Notes: generated from the sequence alone by a model not told the origin. Positions 12,169 through 24,552 are shown, counted from the first letter of the whole stretch. The stretch: DNA of 63,115 nucleotides, filler included, from Octopus bimaculoides (GCF_001194135.2; 3 parts of 3 records of this genome joined end to end with filler, not necessarily neighbours in it), one strand, 5' to 3'. Numbers and translations: made by a program.

Positions 12169-13149
12169 NNNNNNNNNNNNNNNNNNNNNNNNNNNNNNNN
12201 NNNNNNNNNNNNNNNNNNNNNNNNNNNNNNNNNNNNNNNNNNNNNNNNNNNNNNNNNNNNNNNNNNNNNNNNNNNNNNNNNNNNNNNNNNNNNNNNNNNN
12301 NNNNNNNNNNNNNNNNNNNNNNNNNNNNNNNNNNNNNNNNNNNNNNNNNNNNNNNNNNNNNNNNNNNNNNNNNNNNNNNNNNNNNNNNNNNNNNNNNNNN
12401 NNNNNNNNNNNNNNNNNNNNNNNNNNNNNNNNNNNNNNNNNNNNNNNNNNNNNNNNNNNNNNNNNNNNNNNNNNNNNNNNNNNNNNNNNNNNNNNNNNNN
12501 NNNNNNNNNNNNNNNNNNNNNNNNNNNNNNNNNNNNNNNNNNNNNNNNNNNNNNNNNNNNNNNNNNNNNNNNNNNNNNNNNNNNNNNNNNNNNNNNNNNN
12601 NNNNNNNNNNNNNNNNNNNNNNNNNNNNNNNNNNNNNNNNNNNNNNNNNNNNNNNNNNNNNNNNNNNNNNNNNNNNNNNNNNNNNNNNNNNNNNNNNNNN
12701 NNNNNNNNNNNNNNNNNNNNNNNNNNNNNNNNNNNNNNNNNNNNNNNNNNNNNNNNNNNNNNNNNNNNNNNNNNNNNNNNNNNNNNNNNNNNNNNNNNNN
12801 NNNNNNNNNNNNNNNNNNNNNNNNNNNNNNNNNNNNNNNNNNNNNNNNNNNNNNNNNNNNNNNNNNNNNNNNNNNNNNNNTATATATATATATATATATA
12901 TTTATGAATATATATAGGCGTGAGCCTGTTTGTGTAGTTAACAAGCCCCTGCCGAACAATACTGTGTGAATGAATATTACAATTGCAAATGCATCTTGAA
13001 TATATCAAAAGTAAGTCTTAGCCTCTGCAGTAGATAAGCCTTACTCACACAAGCCAAGCCATAAACAGGTTATCTCACAAAAGTGCATAAAACGTCTCTC
13101 ACAATTTAACGACTTGCGATTCGTTAAATAATATCATTATACTATACTA

Positions 13150-14300
13150 CTTTTATTGTCTTTGCTGTTAATAAAAGACTTCGAGATATTCCTAGAATGG
13201 TTAGCATTCTTAGAGGGGATATCATCGTACAGAATGTGTTACAGACAAGTTTGGCGTATTCTTCCATGAGTAACTTTAACAGTTTTTCATATACATTAAA
13301 GAATCTCAGCTATGGCAACAATTTAGACAGCATCGACTGGCTCAAAATATGATAGTCGCACAAGAACTGAAGGACATTGCAAATTAGTTTGTTCTCTTTG
13401 GAGAATTAATCCTTCTGACGAAGCAGAGATAATTTTGAATTACCATTCTCTTTACGTACAGAAATTTTTGGTAGTTCTACTTTTATTCAAGCATCTGAAA
13501 AAGAGAAGCGATAGGATGCAATGCTTCCTGCTAAGAGCACCGGTTACCTTTGGGTTTTTTAAATGAAAATTCAGAACTACCACCAAGAAATATCTAAACG
13601 TATTTTAATACTGATGAAAGAATTAGTGATAATTTGCAAATAATAAACGCTAGGCAATAAAGTTACCCAACTCAATTACTCCAATTAGAATACCACAGCA
13701 TAGATCAGGCACAGACAACCTTTATCGAGAAGCAGAATGTATGAGAAATGGCTCATTAGGCAGCCGCACAACCCAAAAATTTCTCGGTACATTTTCGTTT
13801 GGCGTCCCATTCAAAAAGTCCCAAGAGCTGCAGTTTGCCCATGACTGACCATGACTGTATTTAAAAGTAGCATCTGTTTTAATGCTGTTATTGCGTAATA
13901 TATCAACTCAACAAGGATTTTGTAATGGAATCAGACTAGAAATTGTCAACTTACACCGTAATCGAACCGAAGGCTTGTCCATAAGAGGTACTTTGCTACG
14001 CACACCAACTTCAATAACTCGATTTTAACTAAAATCAAATAATTCAAGTTTGCTTCTTATTTCACAAAGCAATCCTTTTCCTGTTAGAGTAATTGATCCG
14101 GTGACAATAAAACAAGGGATCTAACAATAAGCTATGGATGCACATACTACTGTCTGTATTTAGTCATTGACAGTTCTGTGTTGCATTCTCTTCGGCTGCA
14201 AAACTAACTGATATTGTTGTTAGGGTAGTTAACCAGTATGCAAGGAAAATTAGAAAAAAAACTATTACTACAAAGCATTATACAATAAGAAAATATAACA
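13150..14300 (+). mobile_element. Helitron Rep/Hel remnant (Pif1-type helicase C-terminal half), many stops and frameshifts
   Basis: Collinear motifs AVNKRLRDI, YRQV, KESQLWQQFRQHRLAQNM (13298-), LKVASVLMLLLRNISTQQGFCNGIRLEIVNL (13861-), PFPVRVIDPVTIKQG (about 14074-) and SVFSH*QFCVAFS (about 14153-). These correspond to Helitron consensus LRDI, DFRQ, SxLW..L..NMR, MLLRN..GLCNGTRL, QFPVRLAFAMTINKSQG and FSHGQLYVA.SR. Confidence 0.85.
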
Positions 14301-14544
14301 TTAAGAGCTTAAGTATATGGCGCGATAATGATAAATTAATTTCTAAGGATACAATCAATAATAACTATACGTTACAACGGTGTAATAATTGTAATCTTAT
14401 TAATTATTTGAAGCTGAAACAAAGTGAAATAATTTTATTTGTCGTTTCATTTATCCACCCACAAGTGATATATTACTTCAATGAAATTACGTGTTATTGT
14501 ACCAATATATACCTGAGTAATATTTTGGTTGACAACAACTGTGG

Positions 14545-15209
14545 TATCTCCACAAGTTCGACAAGATGTTTAGCAGCATTTCGTCCGTCTTCGCGTTCTG
14601 GGTACAAATTCGACCAATGTCGACTTCGCCTTTCATCCTTTCAGGGTCGATAAAATAAGGATCAGTCGAGTACTGGGGTAGATCTAATCAACTAGCCCTC
14701 TCCATTCAAATGTCAGGCCTTGTGCTTACAGTAGAAAAAATTATCATTATTATCATTATTAAGGCGGCGAGCTGTCAGAAGCGATAGCATGTCCAACAAA
14801 ATGCTCCGCTGTATGTCTTTGTGCCTTATGTTCTGATCTCAGATTCCACCGGGGTCAACAAAATAAGTACCAGTTGAACATTGGGATGGTTATAATCGAC
14901 TAGCTCCCTTCCCTAAAATTTCAGGCCTTATGCCTATAGTAGAAAGTATCATTATTATTATTATGATACCTGTATATGTTAAAGGCTGCGAGCTGACAGT
15001 ATAGTTAGGACACCGGACGAGATGCTTAGCGGTATTTCGTCCGTCTCCAAATTCTGAGTTCAAATTCGGCCGAGGTCGACTTTGCTTTCATCCTTTTGGG
15101 TCGATAAATTAAGTACCAATCAAGTACTGGGGTCGATGTGATCGACTACCCGCTCCCCCAAAGTTTTCAACCCTTGTGCCTTTAGTAAAAAGGATCATTA
15201 TTATAATTA

Positions 15210-15260
<51 letters not shown>
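14545..15260 (+). mobile_element. Three head-to-tail copies of an abundant SINE ending in (ATT)n (about 14545-14760, 14761-14965, 14981-15260)
   Basis: Repeated AAGGCGGCGAGCTG..TTAGC..GAGTTCAAATT head and GGTCGACTTTGC(C)TTTCATCCTTT..GGTCGATAAA(A/T)TAAGTACCAG core (Meta-domain-like, from recall). Tail GTAGAAAA..ATTATT. Confidence 0.85.
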
Positions 15261-15261
<1 letters not shown>

Positions 15262-15264
<3 letters not shown>

Positions 15265-15435
15265 CTTATGTTTGACTTTTGCTTTGTATTTGTACAAGTT
15301 TGCTCCAAGTCTCACCCAGAGACCTCAAGAGACAACAAGTTAGAAGTTCATGTTGGAGTTATGCCTAGGGAGCCATATATTTGGTTCTGAACATAGTGTT
15401 GTTCTAGAGAATGTTTAAGAAACCATAAGAAAATT
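15262..15435 (-). mobile_element. R4/Dong-like 3'UTR fragment (same family as 805-2990)
   Basis: ATGTTTGACTTTTGCTTTGTATTTGT..CCTCAAGAGACAA..TATGCCTAGGG..GAATGTTTAAGAAAA is nearly identical to 822-975. Its AAT tail is the (ATT)n tract at about 15195-15262. Confidence 0.85.
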
Positions 15436-15444
15436 CTAACCAAA

Positions 15445-15930
15445 ACCTGAAAATAATTGGTAAAATCAGCCTTGCACTTAAGGATATAATTGCAGCTAAT
15501 GATGTTGATATTACAGATTTCAACCACCCGTACTATGCATCCGCGAAAATCTCAGCGATTCTATGTGGTAAAAAGATTAGAAAATGACAACATTCCCACT
15601 GAAAACCTTCTTAGCAAGAGCGTATTCAGCACCAAATTAAGCTACTTAGGTCTGACATAGAATGTTTGAAAAACCTTAAATTTGACAAGACTACCAAAAC
15701 CTACAAAAAACCCGAAAATTAAAGAAAAAATATAATATGAAAATCATAGTTGACATTGATGCCACCATAGAAGCCATCAAGCAAAAGGTATGTGCTAAAG
15801 CTGCCCGCATAGCAAGCTATGAAGAGCGCGTTAGAATCTTCAAGGACAACAACATGTTCAAAAATAACCCCTAAAATTTGTACAGGAAGATAGGGAAAAC
15901 ACCAGTTGCAGTAAAGTCTGCCCCATCAAA
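15445..15930 (+). mobile_element. R4-like pre-RT ORF fragment
   Basis: Translates DITDFNHPYYASAKIS..LCGKKI..IQHQIKLLRSDIECL..IEAIKQKVCAKAARIASYEERVRIFKDNNMFKNNP, homologous to the pre-RT region seen again at 16600-16800. Confidence 0.7.
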
Positions 15931-15964
15931 ATTGTAAATAATGTAAATCATGTACATAATTCCT

Positions 15965-18240
15965 CATCTCTTAAATGTAGAACAGAACTGGAACGACCTA
16001 AGGCTTTTTGAAATAAGTAAGCAAAAGCTTGCAGGACAAACACAGAGGATTAAGATCAATGGATGGCAATTTGAGATTTAGATAAAAGTGATGAGACAGG
16101 AAACGAGTTGAGCAGGTTCTGATATCACTGAATGAAGATGAAGGAGATGAAGTAGAGATTTTGGTAGACGTCGGTAGGGTTGAACAGAATGGAGGTAATA
16201 AATCGATAAGCTTTAAGGGCGGGGGCAAGGAACATCTGGAGGCTGACGACAAAGGTTCTTAGTCATGATAAAAGAGGAACTTGAGAAAGTACCTTTATCT
16301 TGTCCCTTAACCTAAGAAATAGAATTACAAGCGAGGAGGGTATATGAGATACTAGAATATGCCAAAGCTGAAACTCTAGACCAAGTGAACAACACCGTAA
16401 AAGTTGGTAGCAACTTTATGGTGAGGCTGCTAGAAATAAAGAACAGACCAAACAGTAGGGTAATAGGGTAGAATCGTTGTGAAAAAGAAGAATTAGTGCC
16501 CAAATGAGGAATGTGAGAAAAGCCCTGAGCAAAATTAAACGGATGAAAAACGAACAGATGAAAAATAATGATGGTGTGAAGGAGCTGAAAGTGAAATAAA
16601 GAAAAGAAGAAAAGTTACATTGTTGTAATGGAGTAACCGAAAGAAAGAATAACAGCAAAAGCGAAGAAGTTAAAAAAAGGTACGATGGTCGTTGTAACCT
16701 GTTCCGTCAAAATATACTGTTTTTAAGTAACCAAGAGAGACTTTTCGGGAAGCTTGACACAAGAGAAAGAACCGAAACAATAATTCCGGATTCCAGTGAG
16801 AGCAAGAAATTTGGAGAGGAATATGGGGTGTCAGTAAAGAGCACAACGTGGAAGCGGAATGGCTCAAAAAGGTAGAAAACATCTTGAAGAGAAGAATCAG
16901 CAGGAGAATATAGTAATAACCCCGAATAAACAACAAAACCAACTACGCAGATTACCAAACTGGGACGTGCCAGAACCCGATGGGGATCAAGGTCATTGGC
17001 TGAAGAGTATCAAGTCAGTCAGACCAGAACTCGCTGCATTTTTAAACGAGGCGATTGAGAGAGATAGCAAAAGGCATTGGTTGACTACAGGGAGGATGAC
17101 ATTAATTTTAAAAGATCAGGCAAAAAGAAATGTGGAATCAAATTTCAGACCCATTACCTGCCTTTTGCTGATGTGGAAGTTATTAACGGGAATGCTATCG
17201 GGGATTTGTATGAACACCTTGAAAAGAATGATTTACTACCGGAGGAGCAGAAGGGATGCAGAAGAAACATGTAGAGGCACAAAAGACCAGTTGCTAATTG
17301 ATAAAATGTTTATCAAAAATTGCAGGAGAATCTGGCTACGAGGCGTTTAGATTATAGAAAATTTTTTGACATGGTGCCTCACAGTTGGATAAGGAAGTGC
17401 TTGGAAGTGTTTAAAGTTGCTGAAAACATGAGAACTTTGATCAGCAACTCAGTAAAGTATTAGAATACAAATTAACCGCGGGAGGGGAACATCTTTTGTA
17501 ATGTCTAAATTAAGCGGTGAATCTTCCAATATGACAGTTTATCTCCATTATTATTTGTGTTGGCACTCATCCCAATTAGCATTAGTGTTAAAAGATGTAA
17601 AAGCTGGAATTGACCTAGGAAAAGGAAGGGAACGGGTGAATCATTTGTTATTCATGGACGATTTGAAATTTTATGCAAAGGATACCATGCAACTTGATAC
17701 CCAAGTGAATACAGTCCACATTTTTAGTAGTGACATCGGTATGGCGTTTGGGTTAAATAAATGCGGTATACTGCTAATGGAAAGAGGAAGGTATGAAAAT
17801 ATTGAAGAAATGATATCACCAACAGACGAGAAAATTAAATACATTGACAAAGATAAAGGATATAAACACCGTGGTATACTTGAAGCAGACGATATCAAAC
17901 ACAGCGAAATGAAAGAAAAATTAAGATGGGAGTATTTGAGTAGGGTGAGAAAAATGTTGAAATCGAAATTGAATGGTGTAAATACTTTCTCCGCTAATAA
18001 CTCTAGGCTAAGCATTATAAGGTATGGAGGTGGTATAGTCAAATGGACAAAGGATGACCTAAAGATCTTGAACAGAAAGACCAGAAAATTGTTACCGATA
18101 TATTTCATCCAGCAGGAGATGCTGATCGGCTATATTTGAATAGACATAAAGGAGGATTAAGGTTAATAATTGTTGGGGATTGTGTGATTATGGAGGTTCC
18201 GATCTTAAAAGTATATGCATGAAAGCAGTGGAAAGGTATT
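15965..18240 (+). mobile_element. Decayed R4-like non-LTR retrotransposon, N-terminus through RT, lacking the 3' end
   Basis: WNDLRLFEISKQKLAGQTQRIKINGW; PNWDVPEPDGDQGHWLK; WLTTGRMTLILKD..NFRPITCL; LLPEEQKGCRR; GTKDQLLIDK; DYRKFFDMVPHSWI; NHLLFMDDLKFYAK (FMDD 17651-17662); FGLNKC; IIRYGGGIVKWT. Confidence 0.9.
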
Positions 18241-19494
18241 TAAGTTATTCTGCCGTTAGCATTTCCGTGTCTGTATGCTTATCTTGAACAAATAATTCGC
18301 CCACCACTATAGAACTACTATGCCAAAGACTTTTGGAAGTGGGCCACAATTTCCAACTTAAAAGTGCTCTAGATGAAGTTCCTGAATCTGTTCTCATCGA
18401 TGTCTAAAATTGTTCCCAGGTTTTCTTGGCTGATATTCTCAAGAGACAATAAAAAAACAATAAGAAAAAACAATAGAAAGCATTGCAGTATTCTAAACAG
18501 ACATTTGTATTCAGTTCGTTCACTCTTCAGTAAATGAAACTGTCCCTTGGCTCTTAATAAATCATTGAACAACAAATATAATGTTAAGCCCTTGTGTTGT
18601 ATATCAAGGACAATATGAAGATATGACACCTAGCTTTATGCATGTTATCGATTCGGACAAGAAATATCAAATGCAAGGAGGAAGGTGTATGTTTCTTTAA
18701 AAATGAAACAACCAAAAACCGAATCAGTACCTTAGAAACGGTTTCCCGGTTGTTCTTTGCAGTCTGTAATGTCCCCCACCTTATGAGAATTAATAGGAAT
18801 TTGATATCGATTTATAACAGGATATAGTCAAATCCCTACTAAAATTGTCTTGCGATTAACCAGAAGAAATCAATAATGATAGAAAGCGGGAAGGATATCT
18901 GGGCTATAATTTGAAAAGAAATATAAATCTTGCGTTGTGTTGCATGTGAAAGAGGAAGTAGAGACAAACGTACTGAGAATAGAGAGAAAATGTTTTATGT
19001 GTATGCGTGTGCATGCGCGTCCGAGTTTGTAATTCGGTTTGAGTTAGTATCTGCGTACGTAACAGTATCTACGTATGTCTGAGTGTACGTTGTGCGGAGG
19101 TGTGTTTGTGCGTTTGTGTTTGTGTATTTGTGGAGTGACGATATATCGCATTTCAAAATTGAGGCGTTGACGGCAAATAAATCAGAAAACGGAAGGAAAT
19201 TAACAGGAAAAAAATAGATTAGTTATTAAGCGATTAAGAATTATTTACAGAAGATTGACCAGCTCTAAATACGTAGGAGTTAGCAAGCAGTTCGCTTTGG
19301 TTGATGGAATTTCTGATGAGAGAAATGCATTTCATTCCCCTTTTTAGCTGAGATAAAATAGCGGGCGATTAAGACGCAGTATGTCAGCCGTGTTTCAAGT
19401 AACACCTAAAGCGTCCATCTTGCTATTTATTATTCGAACGCACATACGCGCATACATACATACATACGCGCATACATACATACATACATACATA

Positions 19495-19712
19495 TCAACT
19501 TTGCCTTTCATCCTTTCGGGATTGATGAAAGAATGTACGTTAAACGATGTTGTCGTAATCGACTAATTCTCCTCCTATTAGATATGCTGGCCTAGTGCCA
19601 AAACTTGGAAGTAGTAGTAGTAGTAGTAGTAGTAGCATAATTCGGTTCTTTTGCATTCTGAGCTCCAATAGCTCAGAGGCCAACTTTCCTGCTCATTATT
19701 TCAAGGTCGAGA
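19495..19712 (+). mobile_element. Two degenerate SINE fragments separated by (AGT)n
   Basis: CAACTTTGCCTTTCATCCTTTCGGG and CATTCTGAGCTCCAA..GGCCAACTTT..GGTCGA match the 14545-15260 SINE core. Confidence 0.6.
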
Positions 19713-19984
19713 GATATGATAGGTTAGCTTGGGGGAAGTTAAGCAGTTGTGGTCGATGTAAAAGGTAGCAGTAATACCAATAATGATCGGAGCCCTGGGA
19801 ACAGTGAGCAAAAACCTCGAGAAGTACGTGGAACAAATATTGGCTGCAATAAGGGTGGAGCACTTGCAGAAAACAGCACTGCTTGGAACCGCTCGAATAC
19901 TCTGGAAGGTGCTCGAAAAATAAGAGGTGTTACCTTAGTTCACTGGTAGTAATACATCTCCAGCGTTAGAAGCTGTGCAAAGGC

Positions 19985-20061
<77 letters not shown>
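19710..20061 (+). mobile_element. R4-like 3' fragment a (ORF C-terminus, 3'UTR, (AAT)n tail 19985-20061)
   Basis: KQLWSM*KVAVIPIMIGALGTVSKNLEKYVEQ..HLQKTALLGTARILWKVLEK* with the stop at 19921-19923. Confidence 0.85.
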
Positions 20062-20062
<1 letters not shown>

Positions 20063-20677
20063 TAGCACGAGGTGAATACAAAAGACATGACAGCGTGGCA
20101 AGAATGATCCATTGGGAGCTCTGTGGAAATTATGGCCTAGAAAGATCAAAGACGTGATATGACCAAATCCTAGAGGGGATCACGGAGAATGATGATTGCA
20201 AAATTTTGTGGTATGCAATGGTTCAGTGTGACCATCAAATTAGATATCGGAAACCTGACATTGTTGTGGTGAACAAAAAAGAAAATTCATGCCTTATAAT
20301 CAACATAACATGTCCCGGTGACAACAGGATCGAAGAGAAAGAAGGAAAAGGGAATAACGATGATGAATTGAAATGGGGAATACGCAGGTCATGCGCAATG
20401 AAGGGAGTGGATATGGTATCAAGAGTAATTGTCACACTTGGAAGTATCAGCGCTCAACTACCAGCATGACTCAAAAAAGCTTGGAACAGATGTAAAGATA
20501 GAACACCTACAGAAATCAGCATTGCTTGGAACAGCAAGAATCTTTCGCAGGGTTCTTGAAGTATGACCAGTAAACAAGGGTCACCTTAGTCTGCTGGCTG
20601 TGGACAGCTGACACTTTGCATCACACCCAGCAAAATAAACTGAGAGTTTTCATTAAAAAACTGTTTAAATAAAATGA

Positions 20678-20728
<51 letters not shown>
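20062..20728 (+). mobile_element. R4-like 3' fragment b (RLE domain, 3'UTR, (AAT)n tail 20678-20728)
   Basis: LARGEYKRHDSVARMIHWELC..ENDDCKILW..DHQIRYRKPDIVVVNKKENSCLIINITCPGD..HLQKSALLGTARIFRRVLEV* with the stop at 20564-20566. Confidence 0.9.
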
Positions 20729-20731
<3 letters not shown>

Positions 20732-21420
20732 AGAAAGGATCAGAAGAGAATGTTATTGCAGGGTAAGGGCAGTACTCAAGACAGAGCTGAATGCAAGAAA
20801 CAGGATCGAAGTGATCAATACTTTAGCCATACCAGACGTGACTTACAGTTTCAATATCATTAACTGGTCAATTACTGAAATCTGTAATCTTGACAGAAAA
20901 ATACGAAAATTGTTGACAATGCATAGAATGCACCATCCTAAGGCAGATATAGAATAGCTTCACTAGCCAAGAAAAGAAGGTGGCCGTGGACTTTAACAAC
21001 TGGAATTAACAATGAAGATTCCCACAACTGGCCTAAACACTTACCTAAGAAAAACTCTGAAGACTGGATGTTAAAACTTGTCTTAAAGTATGAAAACAAG
21101 AAAGCATCATAGTTAGTAACAAAACAGGCAAAGAAATATCTAAGGGAATTCCAAATACAGTAAATACCAAAATTAGACGTACTGGAAACAAGCTCAGAAA
21201 AAGCTAAGCGTATGAAAACCCGTGCTAAACTGCTGTCTTAGATATTCTTACTGATGAATGGCAAGAAAAAAATCTCAGTGGCAAACGCTCAAAGAGAGCT
21301 AATAATGCCGATGTTGACAAAGCCCTTACCCATCAATGGTTTGCGTCTCCTAGCTTAAAATCACAATCAGAAGGGTTTATCATAGCATCCCAAAATCAAT
21401 GTCTACGAACAAGGAGCTAC
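20727..21420 (+). mobile_element. R4-like internal fragment c (same subfamily as 805-2990)
   Basis: MRERIRRECYCRVRAVLKTELNARNRIE..HRMHHPKADIE..KEGGRG. The nucleotide sequence is closely similar to the reverse complement of about 1620-2300. It ends abruptly against a short SINE-like 3' piece (about 21425-21485). Confidence 0.9.
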
Positions 21421-22269
21421 ATATGCCATAAAAACCGGGAAACCGGGTCCATGAGCCTGGCTAGGCTTTAAAAGGGCGCATAAATAATAATAGACGCTAG
21501 GTTAGGGGTGGCTGAATAGACGAGTTTAATTGTTCTTCTATTGATTATTAAATAGTAGAACTGATGAAGACATTTCTTTCCATTATCCGAAACAATTTCA
21601 TGGAAGAGATCATTAAGTTATTGGCGAAGAGTGAATTATACTAGAAAACTTCATGCTTCCCACGTTTTTCCATTAATATTAGTTGTTTGTTTTCTAGAGG
21701 TAAATTCTATTTTACAGGAATACATATCCGTGGTATAGATAGCATTAATGGCATTCTCCTGTTAATCAAGTATATTTGTTGTACTGATATAGCCATGCTT
21801 AGCAAATGAATTAACAAGGATTTCATGGATGGCCCCATTTCTTCATAATGTATTTTTAGGTTTTACCGTCTACTTCGTTTTAAAGCCCGGATTGTATAGG
21901 AGCACAATTGGTTCTCATCATACCAAACTCTATTCGGAGATATATTCCTTAGTTCATTCTTCATATTTTGTGTACATTTACTCTGTTCGTTATATATGTA
22001 ATAAAGAAAATGTTGCTATGCTCATCAGCCCTGTCAGTTTGATTTGGGAATGCGTGCGGGTATGTAATGCGATATGGACAGAATCTGCTACATTGATGTT
22101 GGTAATTATAGGATAAATAATCAGCTCATTGGAAGTCTTTCTTCCGACATTCCTCCTGTCTAGCTTATCGTTAAAATCTCTTGTATTTTCAGTACTAAGT
22201 ATTAGTTTGTGTCTAAGGTCCTCATAATAGAACATAGAATCAGTGTTGCCGAAATTTTAAAGTATATCA

Positions 22270-22368
22270 TTATAATACACGACATTGGCTAACGTGCCGC
22301 AGTGACGGACCGAACCACAAAATACGTAATTGTGAAGCAAACTTCTTACCCAAAGACCCATGCTTGCA
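22270..22368 (-). mobile_element. tRNA-derived SINE head fragment
   Basis: Minus strand GCAAGCATGGGTCTTTGGGTAAGAAGTTTGCTTC..GGTTCGGTCC..GCGGCACGTTAGCCAATGTC matches the head of 27838-28172. Confidence 0.7.
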
Positions 22369-22407
22369 TATGTATGTGTATGTGAGTTGTATGTGTATAT
22401 ATGTATA

Positions 22408-22438
<31 letters not shown>

Positions 22439-23814
22439 NNNNNNNNNNNNNNNNNNNNNNNNNNNNNNNNNNNNNNNNNNNNNNNNNNNNNNNNNNNNNN
22501 NNNNNNNNNNNNNNNNNNNNNNNNNNNNNNNNNNNNNNNNNNNNNNNNNNNNNNNNNNNNNNNNNNNNNNNNNNNNNNNNNNNNNNNNNNNNNNNNNNNN
22601 NNNNNNNNNNNNNNNNNNNNNNNNNNNNNNNNNNNNNNNNNNNNNNNNNNNNNNNNNNNNNNNNNNNNNNNNNNNNNNNNNNNNNNNNNNNNNNNNNNNN
22701 NNNNNNNNNNNNNNNNNNNNNNNNNNNNNNNNNNNNNNNNNNNNNNNNNNNNNNNNNNNNNNNNNNNNNNNNNNNNNNNNNNNNNNNNNNNNNNNNNNNN
22801 NNNNNNNNNNNNNNNNNNNNNNNNNNNNNNNNNNNNNNNNNNNNNNNNNNNNNNNNNNNNNNNNNNNNNNNNNNNNNNNNNNNNNNNNNNNNNNNNNNNN
22901 NNNNNNNNNNNNNNNNNNNNNNNNNNNNNNNNNNNNNNNNNNNNNNNNNNNNNNNNNNNNNNNNNNNNNNNNNNNNNNNNNNNNNNNNNNNNNNNNNNNN
23001 NNNNNNNNNNNNNNNNNNNNNNNNNNNNNNNNNNNNNNNNNNNNNNNNNNNNNNNNNNNNNNNNNNNNNNNNNNNNNNNNNNNNNNNNNNNNNNNNNNNN
23101 NNNNNNNNNNNNNNNNNNNNNNNNNNNNNNNNNNNNNNNNNNNNNNNNNNNTATATATATATATATATATATAAAGAGAGAGAGAGAGAGAGAGAGAGAC
23201 GTACATACACATTTATATAAATATGTATGCTTGCAAAGCATGCTTTGTGTTTAGCTTGATGGTTTTAGAATATTTAGATTATGGTTTCTCAAAAAATAAT
23301 TATCCTACGTTATTACGTTTAGAATATAAAAGCAATTTAACCAGTCGTTATTATTTTCCATTTCGTTATTTTCTTGTTTTTGTCCAGTTTTTTTTCAAAG
23401 TATTCAACAATTCTATAGATACAAGTTCTCTGCCCCATTCTTATAGATTATTTCCAATTTCCATTACGAATGCATATTTTCAAACATAAGCATCATAATA
23501 CATTATGGGACCGAAAATATTTGAAAAACTCTATTCATGATTGTTTAGTTGTGTGCGTGATGGATACACTTCCAAGTGATTTAAATATAGAACGTACTCA
23601 CTCTGTTATTTTTAAATCCGCCCATTCAGAATATAACGAACAATTATATCACCCACAATATTAAAAAGAAAAGTTAACCTGATGAATATAAACCTCCAAA
23701 CCAAATGACACATACACAAACGTAATGGTTGGCCAATGCCACATTACATAAGACAACATTTTATATTATATTTATGTTACACTTTGTTATTCTGTATTAA
23801 GTTCATTCTATTAA

Positions 23815-23860
<46 letters not shown>

Positions 23861-24003
23861 GCATATATATATATATATATATACGCATGCATAACAATCA
23901 TATTATCCCTATTTCAATAAATGATTTTTAAAAATAGTTTTGTATGTTTTACATTAATAATATCATTGAATATCACTGAAAATAATTCTCTCTCGGTTTA
24001 CAG

Positions 24004-24032
24004 GATTTCATCGTGTTCAGTGACTGGCAGAG
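24004..24032 (+). CDS. Candidate host micro-exon (29 nt; DFIVFSDWQ(R) in phase 0 to 2)
   Basis: TTCTCTCTCGGTTTACAG acceptor and AG|GTAACC donor, with two stop-free frames. No homology recognised. Confidence 0.25.
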
Positions 24033-24069
24033 GTAACCTGTGTAAACTGCCTGATAGCATCTACACATT

Positions 24070-24136
<67 letters not shown>

Positions 24137-24490
24137 TATAGATAGATAACTTTCTTCATTAGCTACACAGGGTCGAACACAGAGGGGGCAAAATACAATG
24201 TAGAGCTTTTNNNNNNNNNNNNNNNNNNNNNNNNNNNNNNNNNNNNNNNNNNNNNNNNNNNNNNNNNNNNNNNNNNNNNNNNNNNNNNNNNNNNNNNNNN
24301 NNNNNNNNNNNNNNNNNNNNNNNNNNNNNNNNNNNNNNNNNNNNNNNNNNNNNNNNNNNNNNNNNNNNNNNNNNNNNNNNNNNNNNNNNNNNNNNNNNNN
24401 NNNNNNNNNNNNNNNNNNNNNNGACCACGGTAACCTCGGGCAATGAAATACAAATGTACATTAGAGTGAGGTACTCCTTTTTCTTTCTCT

Positions 24491-24552
<62 letters not shown>

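Noticed and set aside
18369-18629. 86-aa minus-strand ORF next to the R4-like element
   Set aside because: Low-complexity hydrophobic composition, no motif, and no good splice signals.
19985-20728. Regular repeat-spacer look of AAT tracts as a CRISPR-like array
   Set aside because: The repeats are simple trinucleotides, the spacers are retrotransposon fragments, the context is eukaryotic and no cas genes are present.
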